Assembly (NCBI GenBank): GCA_963744995.1
Contig: CAVUWA010000010.1
Location: forward strand, 672,001 to 736,000
Reading direction: 5' to 3'
Length of the DNA stretch: 64,000 bases
Source of the DNA: Candidatus Eiseniibacteriota bacterium
Lineage (GTDB): Bacteria > Eisenbacteria > RBG-16-71-46
In this document: positions 42,269 through 51,533 of the stretch, in pieces
Numbering within the stretch: the first letter of the stretch is position 1
Layout of the letters: every line of letters begins with the position of its first letter
The notes under the pieces: generated by a model
Database searches by the model: none
What the model was told of the DNA's origin: nothing
Seen by the model: only the letters and a program-made list of their open reading frames with translations
Position numbers and translations under genes: made by a program

Positions 42269-45200
42269 ATGACACCTCGGAAGCCGACCCGACAGCCGCT
42301 CCGCATCGCCCTCGCCCGCCACCACGGCCGGGTCCGCAGGGCGCTCCTCGCGCGCCTCGCGCTGCGCGCCGCCGCCGGTGGCGCCGCTCTGGTCGTGCTC
42401 GCGGTCGCGCTCGGCATGCTGCTGCCGCTGCTGCCCGCCACGGCCTTCGCGCGCCTCGCCCTCGTCGTCGCCGGCGGCCTCGCGCTCGCGGCGGCTGCGG
42501 CCCTTGCGTTCCGGCGCACCGTCCCCGGCTTCGACGGTTACCTCGAGCGTATCGAGCAGCGCTTTCCCGAGCTGCGCTCGTGGCTGCGCAACGCGCTCGA
42601 CTTCGAGCGCCGTCCACCCGTGCACGGCTCCGCCGAGCTGGCCGAGGCCGTCGCCGAACAGACCGCGGTCCGCTTCCAGGGCGTGAAGGTCGAGACGCTC
42701 ACGCCGGCCGTCCGCCCGCGGGCTCCGGTGTTCGCGATGGCGGGCGCCATGCTGGCCATCGTGCTGCTCGGCATCGCGAGCCCCGCGCGGGTGTCGCGCT
42801 CGTGGCAGACGCTCTGGAATCCGGCGATCGCCGCGCCGCCGGTGCGGCTCGCCGTCGAGCCGGGTTCGGTGAAGGTCACCCCCGGGGCCGCGCTTGCGGT
42901 GCGCGCCCGCGTCTGGGGCAGCGCCCAGCGGCCGCGCATCGAGCGCTCCGGCGAGCGCGAAGTGGCCGCTGCGTCGGAAGGCACCGACGCGGCGGGCGCG
43001 CGGGTCTGGCGCTTCGATCTCGCCCAGCTCACGCGCGCGCAGCGGTACCGCGTGAAGGTGGCCGGCACGGCCAGCCCCGCATACGAGATCACGCTCGCCG
43101 GCGAGCCGCAGGCCTTGAGCTTCACTTTCGAGTACGTCGCCCCCGCCTACGCGCGGCTTCCGGATCAGCGCGGCGCGTCCACGCGCGGCGATCTCACCGC
43201 CCTGCGCGGCAGCCGCGCGACCGTCGAGGTGACGTTCGACCGCGACCTCGAGAAGCTCGGCGCCACCCTGCCCGATGGAACGGACGGGGCGTGGACCGCG
43301 TTGACCCCCCGGCGCTGGAAGGGCGTGGTGCCGATCGACGTCGAAGGCGAGTACGAGCTGCACGCGCAGGCCGCGGCCGGCTCCGCCGACTTCCGCTACC
43401 GCGTGAGCCCGATCGGCGACGCGCCGCCGATTCTGACCGTGATCACGCCGGAGACCGATCTCGACCTGCCGGCGGGCCAGCAGATCCCACTCGAGGTCGT
43501 CGGCCAGGACGACCTCGGCCTCTCCGAGCTGCGCCTGCAGTTCCGCAAGGACCCGGCGGCGGCCTGGTCCAGTCGCACGCTCGCGCGCTTCGACGACGAG
43601 CCGCGTGAGGCGCACGTGACGAGCCGCTGGGACGCTGCGCCGCTCGCGCTCCTGCCGGGCGAGACGGCGACGTTCCGCTTCGAGATGTTCGACGACAACC
43701 GGGTGAGCGGGCGCGGACGCACGGTGAGCCCGGAGTTCGAGCTGCGCTTCCCGTCGATGGCCGACCTCTACCAGCAGATCGATCGCAGCCAGCAGGGCGT
43801 GCAGCAGGCGCTCGAGAAGGTTTCGGACCGCGCGCGCGACCTGCAGAAGTCGCTCGACCGCATGTCGCACCAGCAGCCGCCGCAACCGCAGCGCTCGTCG
43901 GCGAAGGCCTCGCCCGACTTCGAGCGCACCGAAGAGATGAAGCGCACGCTCGAGCAGCAGCAGGACCTCACCCGGCAGATCGACCAGGCGGTGCAGGACC
44001 TCAGGCAGTCGCTCGAACACTCGGCCGAGCGCCAGGCGTTCAACGAGGAGCTGCAGCGCAAGATGCGGGAACTCTCCGAGCTGATGCAGCAGATCCAGTC
44101 GCAGGAGCTCAGGGACGCCATGCGCCGCATGCAGCAGGCCCTCGAACAGATGGATCCGCAGCAGATGGAGCGGAACCTGACCAGCATGAAGGAGCAGAAC
44201 GAGAAGATGCTCGAACAGCTGGATCGCTCGATCGAGCTGCTCAAGCAGCTGCGCGAGGAAGAGAAGATGCAGGCGCTCGCCCGGCGGGCCGAGGAGCTGA
44301 AGCGCCAGCAGGACGCGCTGAACGACGCGCACGACAGGCAGGCGCAGAAAGCCGACGCGAAGGACGCCGATTCGAAGAAGCCCGACTCGAAGGAAGGTGA
44401 CGCGAAGCAGAACCCCGAGGCCGCGAACGAGGACCTGGCCCGGCGCCAGGAGCGCGCCGCGGAGCAGACGGATCAGCTCGCCACCGACGTGAAGGAGATG
44501 CAGCAGAATCTCGAGCGCCCGGCCGAGAAGGACGCGATGCAGCAGGCCGCCAGGGAGCTGGAGCAGCAGGCCGCGTCCCAGCAGCGGCTGGCCGCGCAGC
44601 AGGCGCAGCAGAACCAGTCGGGCCAGGCGGGAAAGTCGGGCGAGAAGGCCAGCGAGAGCCTGGAGCATGCGGCCAAACAATTGCAGCAGATGGCGCAGCA
44701 GCGCGAGCAGGAACGCGAGGGCGTGGACCTGGCCGCCGTGCGCCGCGCGGCCAAGGACCTCGTGTCGCTGCAGCGTTCGGCCGAGGAGAACATGACCTCG
44801 GCCCCCGACGCCCCGGAGCGCGCCGATCGCCAGACCGACCTGTCCGAAGGCGTCGCGCGGGTGGCCGATTCACTCTACACGCTCGCAAAGCGCTCGCCGT
44901 TCATCACTCAGAACCTCGCGCAGTCGCTCGGCCGCGCGATGGAGAACCTGTCCACGTCGGGCAAGGAGCTCGCATCGGGCAACCGGCGCCGCGGCGAGAA
45001 CAGCGGCCGCGAGGCGGCGGAGTCGCTCAACGAGGCGATCCTCGAGCTGCGCAAGTCCGAGGACGCGATGTGCAAGAAGCCGGGCTCGAGCGGCGGCCAG
45101 CGGAGCCGCTCGACGGAGCAGCGGCTCGGCGAGATGGGCGAGCAGCAGAGCCAGGTCAATCGCGAGACGCGTTCGCTGGCGCAGCGCCTGTCGGAGCAGA

Positions 45201-45655
45201 TGCGGCTTTCGGCGGGGGACCGCAACGAGATGCGGCGCCTCGCCGAGGAGCAGCAGCGGATCCGCGAGCAGATCGAGCAGATCCAGAAGGATGACCTTCA
45301 GGAGCAGAAGCTGCTCGGTCGCCTCGACCGGGCGCAGCAGGAGATGAAAGAGGTCGAGGAATCGATCCGCGAAGGCTCGCACCTCGGCGAGTTGCCCGAG
45401 AAGCAGCAGCGCATCCTGTCGCGGCTGCTCGACGCGCAGCGCTCGGTGCACCGCCGCGACTTCGACCCGCAGCGCGAATCGCGCACCGCCGACGAGGTGT
45501 CCGCGCCTTCGCCGCCCGAGCTCTCGCCCGACGTGCTGCGCCAGAGCGACCGGCTGCGGCTCGACCTGCTCAAAGCCGAGTCCGACCGCTATCCCGCGCA
45601 GTACCGGGCGTTCATCGAGACCTACCTGCGCTCGCTGAACGGGGCCCGCAAATGA
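42269..45655 (+). CDS. DUF4175-like large membrane-anchored Ig / coiled-coil protein
   Basis: N-terminal TMs, DAPP...DDLGL, long Q/E-rich coiled coil, ILSRLLDAQRS, YP..YR..IE.Y C-terminus. Confidence 0.8.
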   Translation: MTPRKPTRQPLRIALARHHGRVRRALLARLALRAAAGGAALVVLAVALGMLLPLLPATAFARLALVVAGGLALAAAAALAFRRTVPGFDGYLERIEQRFPELRSWLRNALDFERRPPVHGSAELAEAVAEQTAVRFQGVKVETLTPAVRPRAPVFAMAGAMLAIVLLGIASPARVSRSWQTLWNPAIAAPPVRLAVEPGSVKVTPGAALAVRARVWGSAQRPRIERSGEREVAAASEGTDAAGARVWRFDLAQLTRAQRYRVKVAGTASPAYEITLAGEPQALSFTFEYVAPAYARLPDQRGASTRGDLTALRGSRATVEVTFDRDLEKLGATLPDGTDGAWTALTPRRWKGVVPIDVEGEYELHAQAAAGSADFRYRVSPIGDAPPILTVITPETDLDLPAGQQIPLEVVGQDDLGLSELRLQFRKDPAAAWSSRTLARFDDEPREAHVTSRWDAAPLALLPGETATFRFEMFDDNRVSGRGRTVSPEFELRFPSMADLYQQIDRSQQGVQQALEKVSDRARDLQKSLDRMSHQQPPQPQRSSAKASPDFERTEEMKRTLEQQQDLTRQIDQAVQDLRQSLEHSAERQAFNEELQRKMRELSELMQQIQSQELRDAMRRMQQALEQMDPQQMERNLTSMKEQNEKMLEQLDRSIELLKQLREEEKMQALARRAEELKRQQDALNDAHDRQAQKADAKDADSKKPDSKEGDAKQNPEAANEDLARRQERAAEQTDQLATDVKEMQQNLERPAEKDAMQQAARELEQQAASQQRLAAQQAQQNQSGQAGKSGEKASESLEHAAKQLQQMAQQREQEREGVDLAAVRRAAKDLVSLQRSAEENMTSAPDAPERADRQTDLSEGVARVADSLYTLAKRSPFITQNLAQSLGRAMENLSTSGKELASGNRRRGENSGREAAESLNEAILELRKSEDAMCKKPGSSGGQRSRSTEQRLGEMGEQQSQVNRETRSLAQRLSEQMRLSAGDRNEMRRLAEEQQRIREQIEQIQKDDLQEQKLLGRLDRAQQEMKEVEESIREGSHLGELPEKQQRILSRLLDAQRSVHRRDFDPQRESRTADEVSAPSPPELSPDVLRQSDRLRLDLLKAESDRYPAQYRAFIETYLRSLNGARK

Positions 45656-45668
45656 CGCCCTGCGGCGC

Positions 45669-47363
45669 GTGCCTCCGTTCGGACACCGGCCCGCGGACCC
45701 GCGCCTCGTGAGCGCCCGCCGCCTCGCGCTCGCGGCGCTCCTCGTCCTGTCGGCCGGGGCGGGGCTTCCCGCCGCGCACGCGCAGACGGGCGTGTCGATC
45801 GTGCCGACCCGCCGCTCGGGAAGCGTCCTGATCCTCAATCGACAGCCGGCGATCAGCCAGCACGCGCAGACGCCCCTCACCCCCGAGCAGACGGCCCGGC
45901 TGCGACAGGCCCAGGTGCTGCGCCACGACGGGCGCACGCGCGAAGCGCGTCGCGTCCTCGACGACCTCATGCGCGAGACGCCGGCGAACGCGCTGGTGCT
46001 CACCGAGATGGGCCAGCTGCTGCTGGCCGACGGCGACTTCCTCGGGCTCGAGCGCATGGCACGCCGCGAGCGCGAGGCGCAACGCGACACGCTGCTGCTC
46101 GGCCACGAGCTGGCGACCGCCTACGAGCGTCTGGGCAACGTCGCACGCGCCGCGGAAGTCGTGAGCGACATGTGGATCGTGGCGCCGGCCGAAGCCGACT
46201 GGATCCGCTCCACCCTCGACCGCCTCTATCCCGCCGCGCCCGCGGGTGTCACCCAGGCGCTGCGCGGGGCGTTCCGCGCCCGGCCCGGGCGCAGCGACAT
46301 CGCGCTCGCGCTGGCACGGCTCGAATGGCGCCGGCAGGACGTGAACGGCATGCTGGACGTGCTGCGTGCCGCCGATCGCAACGGCCAGCGGCCGCCGCTG
46401 CGCTGGGGCTTCGCCGAATCCCTGCTGCGCGGCGCGAACGCCGCCGACTCGAGCGGCGCGCTCGAGGCGCTCGTGGACCTGGCCGGCGATCAGGGCGTGG
46501 ACCTCACCTACCGGACCCCCGCCGCGCGGCGCGCGTGGGCGATGTTCCGCTCGCTGGGCCGCGAGACCGAGGGCGCAAAGCGCGTTGCGGAGGCGCTGCA
46601 CGACCTGCCGGCGGACCGCTGGGATGCCAGCTTCGTCGTCGAGATCGCGCGGGCCCTGCGGGAGGGCGGCCGCACCACCGATGCGCGGCACCTGATGGCG
46701 CCGTTCGACGATCGCGCCGCGCTGGTCCCCGAGCTGGCGATCGAGCGCGCGCTGGCCGACCTGCGCGACGGCCCGCCGGAACGCGCCTTCCCCGCGCTCG
46801 AGGCCACTGCGGGCGCGTCGCAGGATGGACTGTTCTTCCTGGCGGAGGCGCGCTTCTTCGCGGGCGACATCGATTCGGCGCTCGCCGCCTACAAGCGCGT
46901 CGTGCAGCAGCCGCGCGGGCCGCATGCCGGTGCGGCGTTCGAGCGCATCTATCTGCTCGAGGACACCGAGCCGCGCGCCGCGCTGCCTGCATTCGGGCGC
47001 ATGGCGTATGCGGAGTGGCGCGGCGAGACGCAGGACGCGCTGGCGATCGCCGATTCGCTGTATCGCTCGCTGCCGCGCGGCGAGCTGTGGAGCCACGCCG
47101 CGCTCGACCTGGCGGCGGATCACGAGAAGATCGGCGAGCGCGAGGCGGCGCTCGGCCCGCTGCTCGCCGTGGCCGACTCGATGCCCGAGGCGCGACTCGC
47201 CTCGCTCGCCCGCCAGCGCGCCGGCGAGATCTATCTTGCGCTCGGCAACGACGCGGCCGCGATGCATCAGTTCGAGGAGTGCCTTGCGCGTTACCCGCGC
47301 GCGTGGAACGCTCCGGAGGTCCGCAGGAAGCTCGAGGCCATGCGAAGGGAGCGAAGGCTGTGA
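45669..47363 (+). CDS. Exported tetratricopeptide repeat protein
   Basis: Signal peptide and TPR-like helices ending ARYPRAWNAPEVRR. Confidence 0.8.
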   Translation: MPPFGHRPADPRLVSARRLALAALLVLSAGAGLPAAHAQTGVSIVPTRRSGSVLILNRQPAISQHAQTPLTPEQTARLRQAQVLRHDGRTREARRVLDDLMRETPANALVLTEMGQLLLADGDFLGLERMARREREAQRDTLLLGHELATAYERLGNVARAAEVVSDMWIVAPAEADWIRSTLDRLYPAAPAGVTQALRGAFRARPGRSDIALALARLEWRRQDVNGMLDVLRAADRNGQRPPLRWGFAESLLRGANAADSSGALEALVDLAGDQGVDLTYRTPAARRAWAMFRSLGRETEGAKRVAEALHDLPADRWDASFVVEIARALREGGRTTDARHLMAPFDDRAALVPELAIERALADLRDGPPERAFPALEATAGASQDGLFFLAEARFFAGDIDSALAAYKRVVQQPRGPHAGAAFERIYLLEDTEPRAALPAFGRMAYAEWRGETQDALAIADSLYRSLPRGELWSHAALDLAADHEKIGEREAALGPLLAVADSMPEARLASLARQRAGEIYLALGNDAAAMHQFEECLARYPRAWNAPEVRRKLEAMRRERRL

Positions 47364-47662
47364 TGCGATTCATCCACACGGGCGGCCGCCCCGCGAAGCA
47401 ACCGGGTCCGCTGCGGATCCTCGGCGCCCTGGCCGCAACGATCGTGGCGCTGGTCGTCGCCGCGTGCGCCGCGCTGGCCATGGGCGCCGCCTGGCTGTTC
47501 ATCAGGCGCCGGGCGCGCGCCCGGTTCGGTGGCCGCGCCGCGCGCGCCGGAACGGGGCGCCGCGCGGCGGGCGGCGCACGTCCCGATCCGCGGGTCGCTC
47601 CGGGCGGCAGGGACCGTGCCGGGCACGGCGAGCACGAGCGCTCGTGGGCCGAAGTGGTCGAG

Positions 47663-48928
47663 ATGCTGCCGATCGTGCTGCTCGGCGCCCTGCTGCTCTC
47701 GGGCGCCGCCGCGCTCGCGCCGACGAGCGTGGACGCCAGGATCCTGGTGCCGATGGACGACCGTCAGACCGACCACCTCAAGGCCTACGGTCTCACCTAC
47801 TGGGTGCTCGGCCGCGGGCAGAAGGCGGAATGGCTGCTCAACTACCGCGGCGGCTCGTTCCTGCTCGAAGACGATCCGGAAACGGAGCGCGAGGCCAACG
47901 TGCGCGGCGTGGCGTTCGAGCCGTTCAGCGGTGCCGACGACGCGGCGCTGCGCGCGACGATCGCCGACAACAACATGGAGAGCGTCGTGCTGGAGAAGGC
48001 GCCCCGCGTCGCCGTCTACATTCCGGAGAACACGCCGCCCTGGGACGACGCCGTGACGCTGGCGCTCAAGTACGCCGACATCCCGTACACGACGGTCTGG
48101 GACGAGGAAGTGCTGAAGGGGGACCTCAAGAACTACGACTGGCTGCATCTCCACCACGAGGACTTCACCGGTCAACACGGCAAGTTCTACGCCGCCTACC
48201 ACACCTTCCCCTGGTATCAGGAGGAGGAGCGCGTGCAGAAGGCCGAGGCGGCGAAGCTCGGTTTCGACAAGGTGAGCCAGCTCAAGGCGGCGGTGGCGAT
48301 CGCGATCCACGACTGGGTCGGTCACGGCGGCTTCATGTTCGGCATGTGCTCGGCGACCGACACCTACGACATCGCGCTGGCCGCGGCCGGAGTCGACATC
48401 GTCGACTACGTCTACGACGGCGATCCACCGGACCCGAACGCACAGCAGAAGCTGAACTACGGTGCGACGTTCGCCTTCAAGGATTTCCACCTCGACATGG
48501 ACCCGTTCATGTACCGCTTCTCCGACATCGACGTCACGCGCGAGGCGGCGCTGCGCGGGCCCAACGCGGTGTTCACGCTGTTCGACTTCTCGGCGAAGCA
48601 GGATCCCGTGCCGACCATGCTGGTGCAGGATCACGTGAACGCGGTCCCCGAGTTCCTCGGCCAGAGCACGGGGTTCCATCGCTCGAAGCTCAAGAGCGGC
48701 GTGCTGGTGCTCGGCGAGGTCGAGGGCACCGACGAGGTGAAGTACCTGCACGGTCAGTTCGGCCGCGGCACCTTCACGTTCCTCGGCGGCCACGATCCCG
48801 AGGACTATCAGCACATGGTCGGCGATCCACCCACCGAGCTGTCGCGCTACAAACACTCGCCCGGCTACCGGCTGATCCTCAATAACGTGCTGTTCCCGGC
48901 GGCCGAGAAGAAGAAGCAGCGCACGTAG
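47663..48928 (+). CDS. Exported GATase-like protein of the family often labelled 'asparagine synthetase B'
   Basis: ILVPMD..Q.DHLKAYG, WLLNYRGGSF, LHHEDFTGQHGKF, MCSATD and GGHDPEDY motifs; frame is also open from ATG 47363. Confidence 0.8.
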   Translation: MLPIVLLGALLLSGAAALAPTSVDARILVPMDDRQTDHLKAYGLTYWVLGRGQKAEWLLNYRGGSFLLEDDPETEREANVRGVAFEPFSGADDAALRATIADNNMESVVLEKAPRVAVYIPENTPPWDDAVTLALKYADIPYTTVWDEEVLKGDLKNYDWLHLHHEDFTGQHGKFYAAYHTFPWYQEEERVQKAEAAKLGFDKVSQLKAAVAIAIHDWVGHGGFMFGMCSATDTYDIALAAAGVDIVDYVYDGDPPDPNAQQKLNYGATFAFKDFHLDMDPFMYRFSDIDVTREAALRGPNAVFTLFDFSAKQDPVPTMLVQDHVNAVPEFLGQSTGFHRSKLKSGVLVLGEVEGTDEVKYLHGQFGRGTFTFLGGHDPEDYQHMVGDPPTELSRYKHSPGYRLILNNVLFPAAEKKKQRT

Positions 48929-48938
48929 CGACGCCGCG

Positions 48939-49115
48939 CGCCGGCGCGGACCCCGGCGCCCGGGGGAAAGTCCCTGAAGGGGGGTCGAGCGGCCGCGGCA
49001 GTGGAGCCAGGGATGGCGGGCGCGGACGCGACAAGCGAGGCGCGGCCACGAGGGCCGCGCCGAAGCGTCCCCCCTGAAGGGAGCTTTCCCCCGGGCGCCG
49101 GGGTCCACGCCGGCG
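48939..49115. repeat. Foldback (MITE/REPIN-like) element with 32-bp inverted repeats
   Basis: 48939-48970 vs 49084-49115, one mismatch; core GGAGCCAGGGATGGCGGG. Confidence 0.85.
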
Positions 49116-49233
49116 TTCCCGCCACGCAATTTCGCCCTCACCCATTGCGGGATGCGTGCGCGCAATTCCCCAATGCTGCGCAAAACCTCTCACCCTGCAA
49201 CCCACCCCGGCGTAAGTGCCTGAAATCGACACG

Positions 49234-49248
49234 TGGCCCGCGGCTTGC
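49234..49248 (+). promoter_or_regulatory. Putative sigma54 promoter
   Basis: TGGCCCGCGGCTTGC (GG-N10-GC) with upstream GCAATT/GCGCAAAA repeats. Confidence 0.6.
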
Positions 49249-49295
49249 TCGATGCGGGATCAAGTGGGTTGTCCCATGGCCGCGAGGGGGTTCCG

Positions 49296-50843
49296 ATGCG
49301 TACTGTGTTTCTCGCCACGGCGATGTTGCTCGCCGGCGCGCTGCCGGCCACGGCTTCAGACTGGTCTACCTTGCCGGCGATGCCGACCGCGCGATTCGGC
49401 GCGGGCGCTGCGGTGCTCGGCAGCGACTACTACGTGATCGGCGGCAGCGCGGCGACCGATCTTGCCGACGCGAATGTCTGGAACGCGACCTCCGGCACCT
49501 GGTCGGCGGTGAACCCCATGTCCATGACGCGCCAGTTCCCCGGGACGGTCGCGCTCGGCGGGCGCCTGTACGCCATCGGCGGTTATGGCCCGGGCGGCGT
49601 GGCGACCACCAGCGCCGAGCGTTTCGATCCCGGAACGGGCAACTGGAGCCCGATCGCCCCGCTGCCCGACGTGCGTGCGCTCGCGGGCGTGGCCACCGTC
49701 AACGGCATGATCTACGTGCTGAGCGGCGAGGGCGCGGCCGGCGTGCCGCAGGAGAACTGCTTCCGCTACGACCCGTCGAGCAACACCTGGTCCGGGATCT
49801 CCGGCATCGTGCCGGGACGCTCGGGCGCCGCAGCCGCGGTTCTCAACAACGAGATCTATCTGATGGGCGGTGCGTCGGGCCTGCTGCTCTCGAACGTGGA
49901 CATCTACACTCCGGCCACCGGCGCGTGGCGCCCGGGATCCGCGCTGCCCGAGCCGCTGTGGATGCCGTCCGCGGCGACCTTCGAAGGCCGCATCTGGGTG
50001 ATGGGCGGCTTCGATGGCGGCTTCAACCGCAGCGATCGCGTCTACAGCATGGGTACCGACGGCGTATGGCGCGCCGAGACCAGCCTGCCGCTGGCGCTCG
50101 CCGGCGCCGCCGCGGCGTCCGACGGGATGCGCATGGTCGTGGCGGGCGGAATGAACTCGAACGGGCAGCCGGTCGCCGCGGCCGTCGAACGCATGAGCGA
50201 CCTGCCGCCGCCGCCACCGCCACCGCCGCCGGCCTCCGCGGACACGCTGTTCTGTCACGTCGAGGTGGCGCCGCACGTGCTGAATCTCAAGAGCTTCGGA
50301 CGCTGGATCTCCGCCGACATCAGCTCCGAAACGGGCGACGTGGGCGCGATCGACGTCTCCTCGCTCACGCTCGAAGGCGTTGCGGTCGACATGGACGCGC
50401 CCTGGTCGCTGGACGACGGCGTGCTGAGCGTCAAGTTCCCGCGGGCGGACTTCGCCTTCCTCGCCGACGGCGAGCTGGCGCTGAAGCTCGAGGGCCATAC
50501 GAGCGAGGGCGTGGCGGTGTACGGCGAAGGTTCCGTGCTCGTCTCCGGTGGCCATTCGAAGCGGCCCGTGAATCAGCCGATGCCGGCGATGAAGCCGGGT
50601 CGCGGCAACGGGCGTCTGGCGGCCTCGTCCGTCCAGTTCAGCCTCGAAGCGCCCGCGGCCGTGACGATGGACGTGCTCGACGTGCAGGGCCGCCGCCTCG
50701 AGCGTATCGCCGATGGCACGTTCTCGGCGGGGACGCACGAGATCGAGTGGGCCGGCAGCCGCCGCGCCGCCGCGGGCGTGTACTTCGTGCGCGCGCGCTT
50801 CGACGGAGCGATGCAGGTCATGAGGTTCGCCGTCATCCGGTAA
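49296..50843 (+). CDS. Secreted Kelch-repeat protein with a C-terminal FlgD/T9SS-like domain
   Basis: About 6 Kelch repeats (YVIGG, YAIGG, YLMGG, WVMGG), poly-Pro linker, DVQGR...W...AGVYFVR. Confidence 0.88.
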   Translation: MRTVFLATAMLLAGALPATASDWSTLPAMPTARFGAGAAVLGSDYYVIGGSAATDLADANVWNATSGTWSAVNPMSMTRQFPGTVALGGRLYAIGGYGPGGVATTSAERFDPGTGNWSPIAPLPDVRALAGVATVNGMIYVLSGEGAAGVPQENCFRYDPSSNTWSGISGIVPGRSGAAAAVLNNEIYLMGGASGLLLSNVDIYTPATGAWRPGSALPEPLWMPSAATFEGRIWVMGGFDGGFNRSDRVYSMGTDGVWRAETSLPLALAGAAAASDGMRMVVAGGMNSNGQPVAAAVERMSDLPPPPPPPPPASADTLFCHVEVAPHVLNLKSFGRWISADISSETGDVGAIDVSSLTLEGVAVDMDAPWSLDDGVLSVKFPRADFAFLADGELALKLEGHTSEGVAVYGEGSVLVSGGHSKRPVNQPMPAMKPGRGNGRLAASSVQFSLEAPAAVTMDVLDVQGRRLERIADGTFSAGTHEIEWAGSRRAAAGVYFVRARFDGAMQVMRFAVIR

Positions 50844-50905
50844 CCGCCGACAGACCGGTCCGGACGGACGGCGTCCATACGGGTTCGCGAGGACCCGGCA
50901 ACTGA

Positions 50906-50998
50906 GCGGGGCGTTCAGGGGGACGCCCCGTTCTGGTTGGGCGCCGAGCACATGCGCGCCGCGCCGGTGCCTCCCGCGGGCCTGGCGAAACGCCCCGC
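50906..50998. repeat. Short foldback element related to 48939-49115
   Basis: 10-bp IR GCGGGGCGTT/AACGCCCCGC; shares GCGTCCCCC(C)TGAA in inverted orientation. Confidence 0.45.
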
Positions 50999-51016
50999 GG
51001 CCGCACGCCGAGCCGC

Positions 51017-51460
51017 CTACCTCTGCGCGTACGCCTCCGGGTCGTGCCGTTCCATGAAGCGCCCGGGGGCCGCGAGCGGCGTGAAGCCGAACTTCGCGTA
51101 CAGCCCGTGCGCGTCGCGCGTCGCCAGGATCCAGCGCCTGAGCCCCTGCAGCTCGGGGTGGTCGAGCACCGTCTCCATCAGCCACTTCGCCAGCCCACGG
51201 CCGCGGTGGCTCTCGAGCACGAACACGTCGGCGAGATAGGCGAACGTGGCACGGTCGGTGACCACGCGGGCGAACCCGAGCTGCCGTCCGCCTTCGAACA
51301 GACCGAAGTTCACCGAGTGCTCGAGCGAGCGCCGCACGGTCTCGAGCGGGATGCCTTTCGCCCAGTAGGAGTCCGTCAGGTAGCCGTGGATCAGATCGAC
51401 GTCCAGCGCGGCGGCCTCGGTGGTGATCGTGCAGCCGTCGCGCTCCCAGGTGTGCGCCAC
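51017..51460 (-). CDS. GNAT family N-acetyltransferase
   Basis: SYWAKG, FARVVTD, HRGRGLAK and DAHGLYAKFGF motifs. Confidence 0.9.
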   Translation of the reverse strand: MAHTWERDGCTITTEAAALDVDLIHGYLTDSYWAKGIPLETVRRSLEHSVNFGLFEGGRQLGFARVVTDRATFAYLADVFVLESHRGRGLAKWLMETVLDHPELQGLRRWILATRDAHGLYAKFGFTPLAAPGRFMERHDPEAYAQR

Positions 51461-51533
51461 GCGTGCCTCCCCATGCGCGAACGGGGCGCCCGCGGGCGCC
51501 CCGTCACGATGATGCGTTCTGCGGTCTTCGTGC

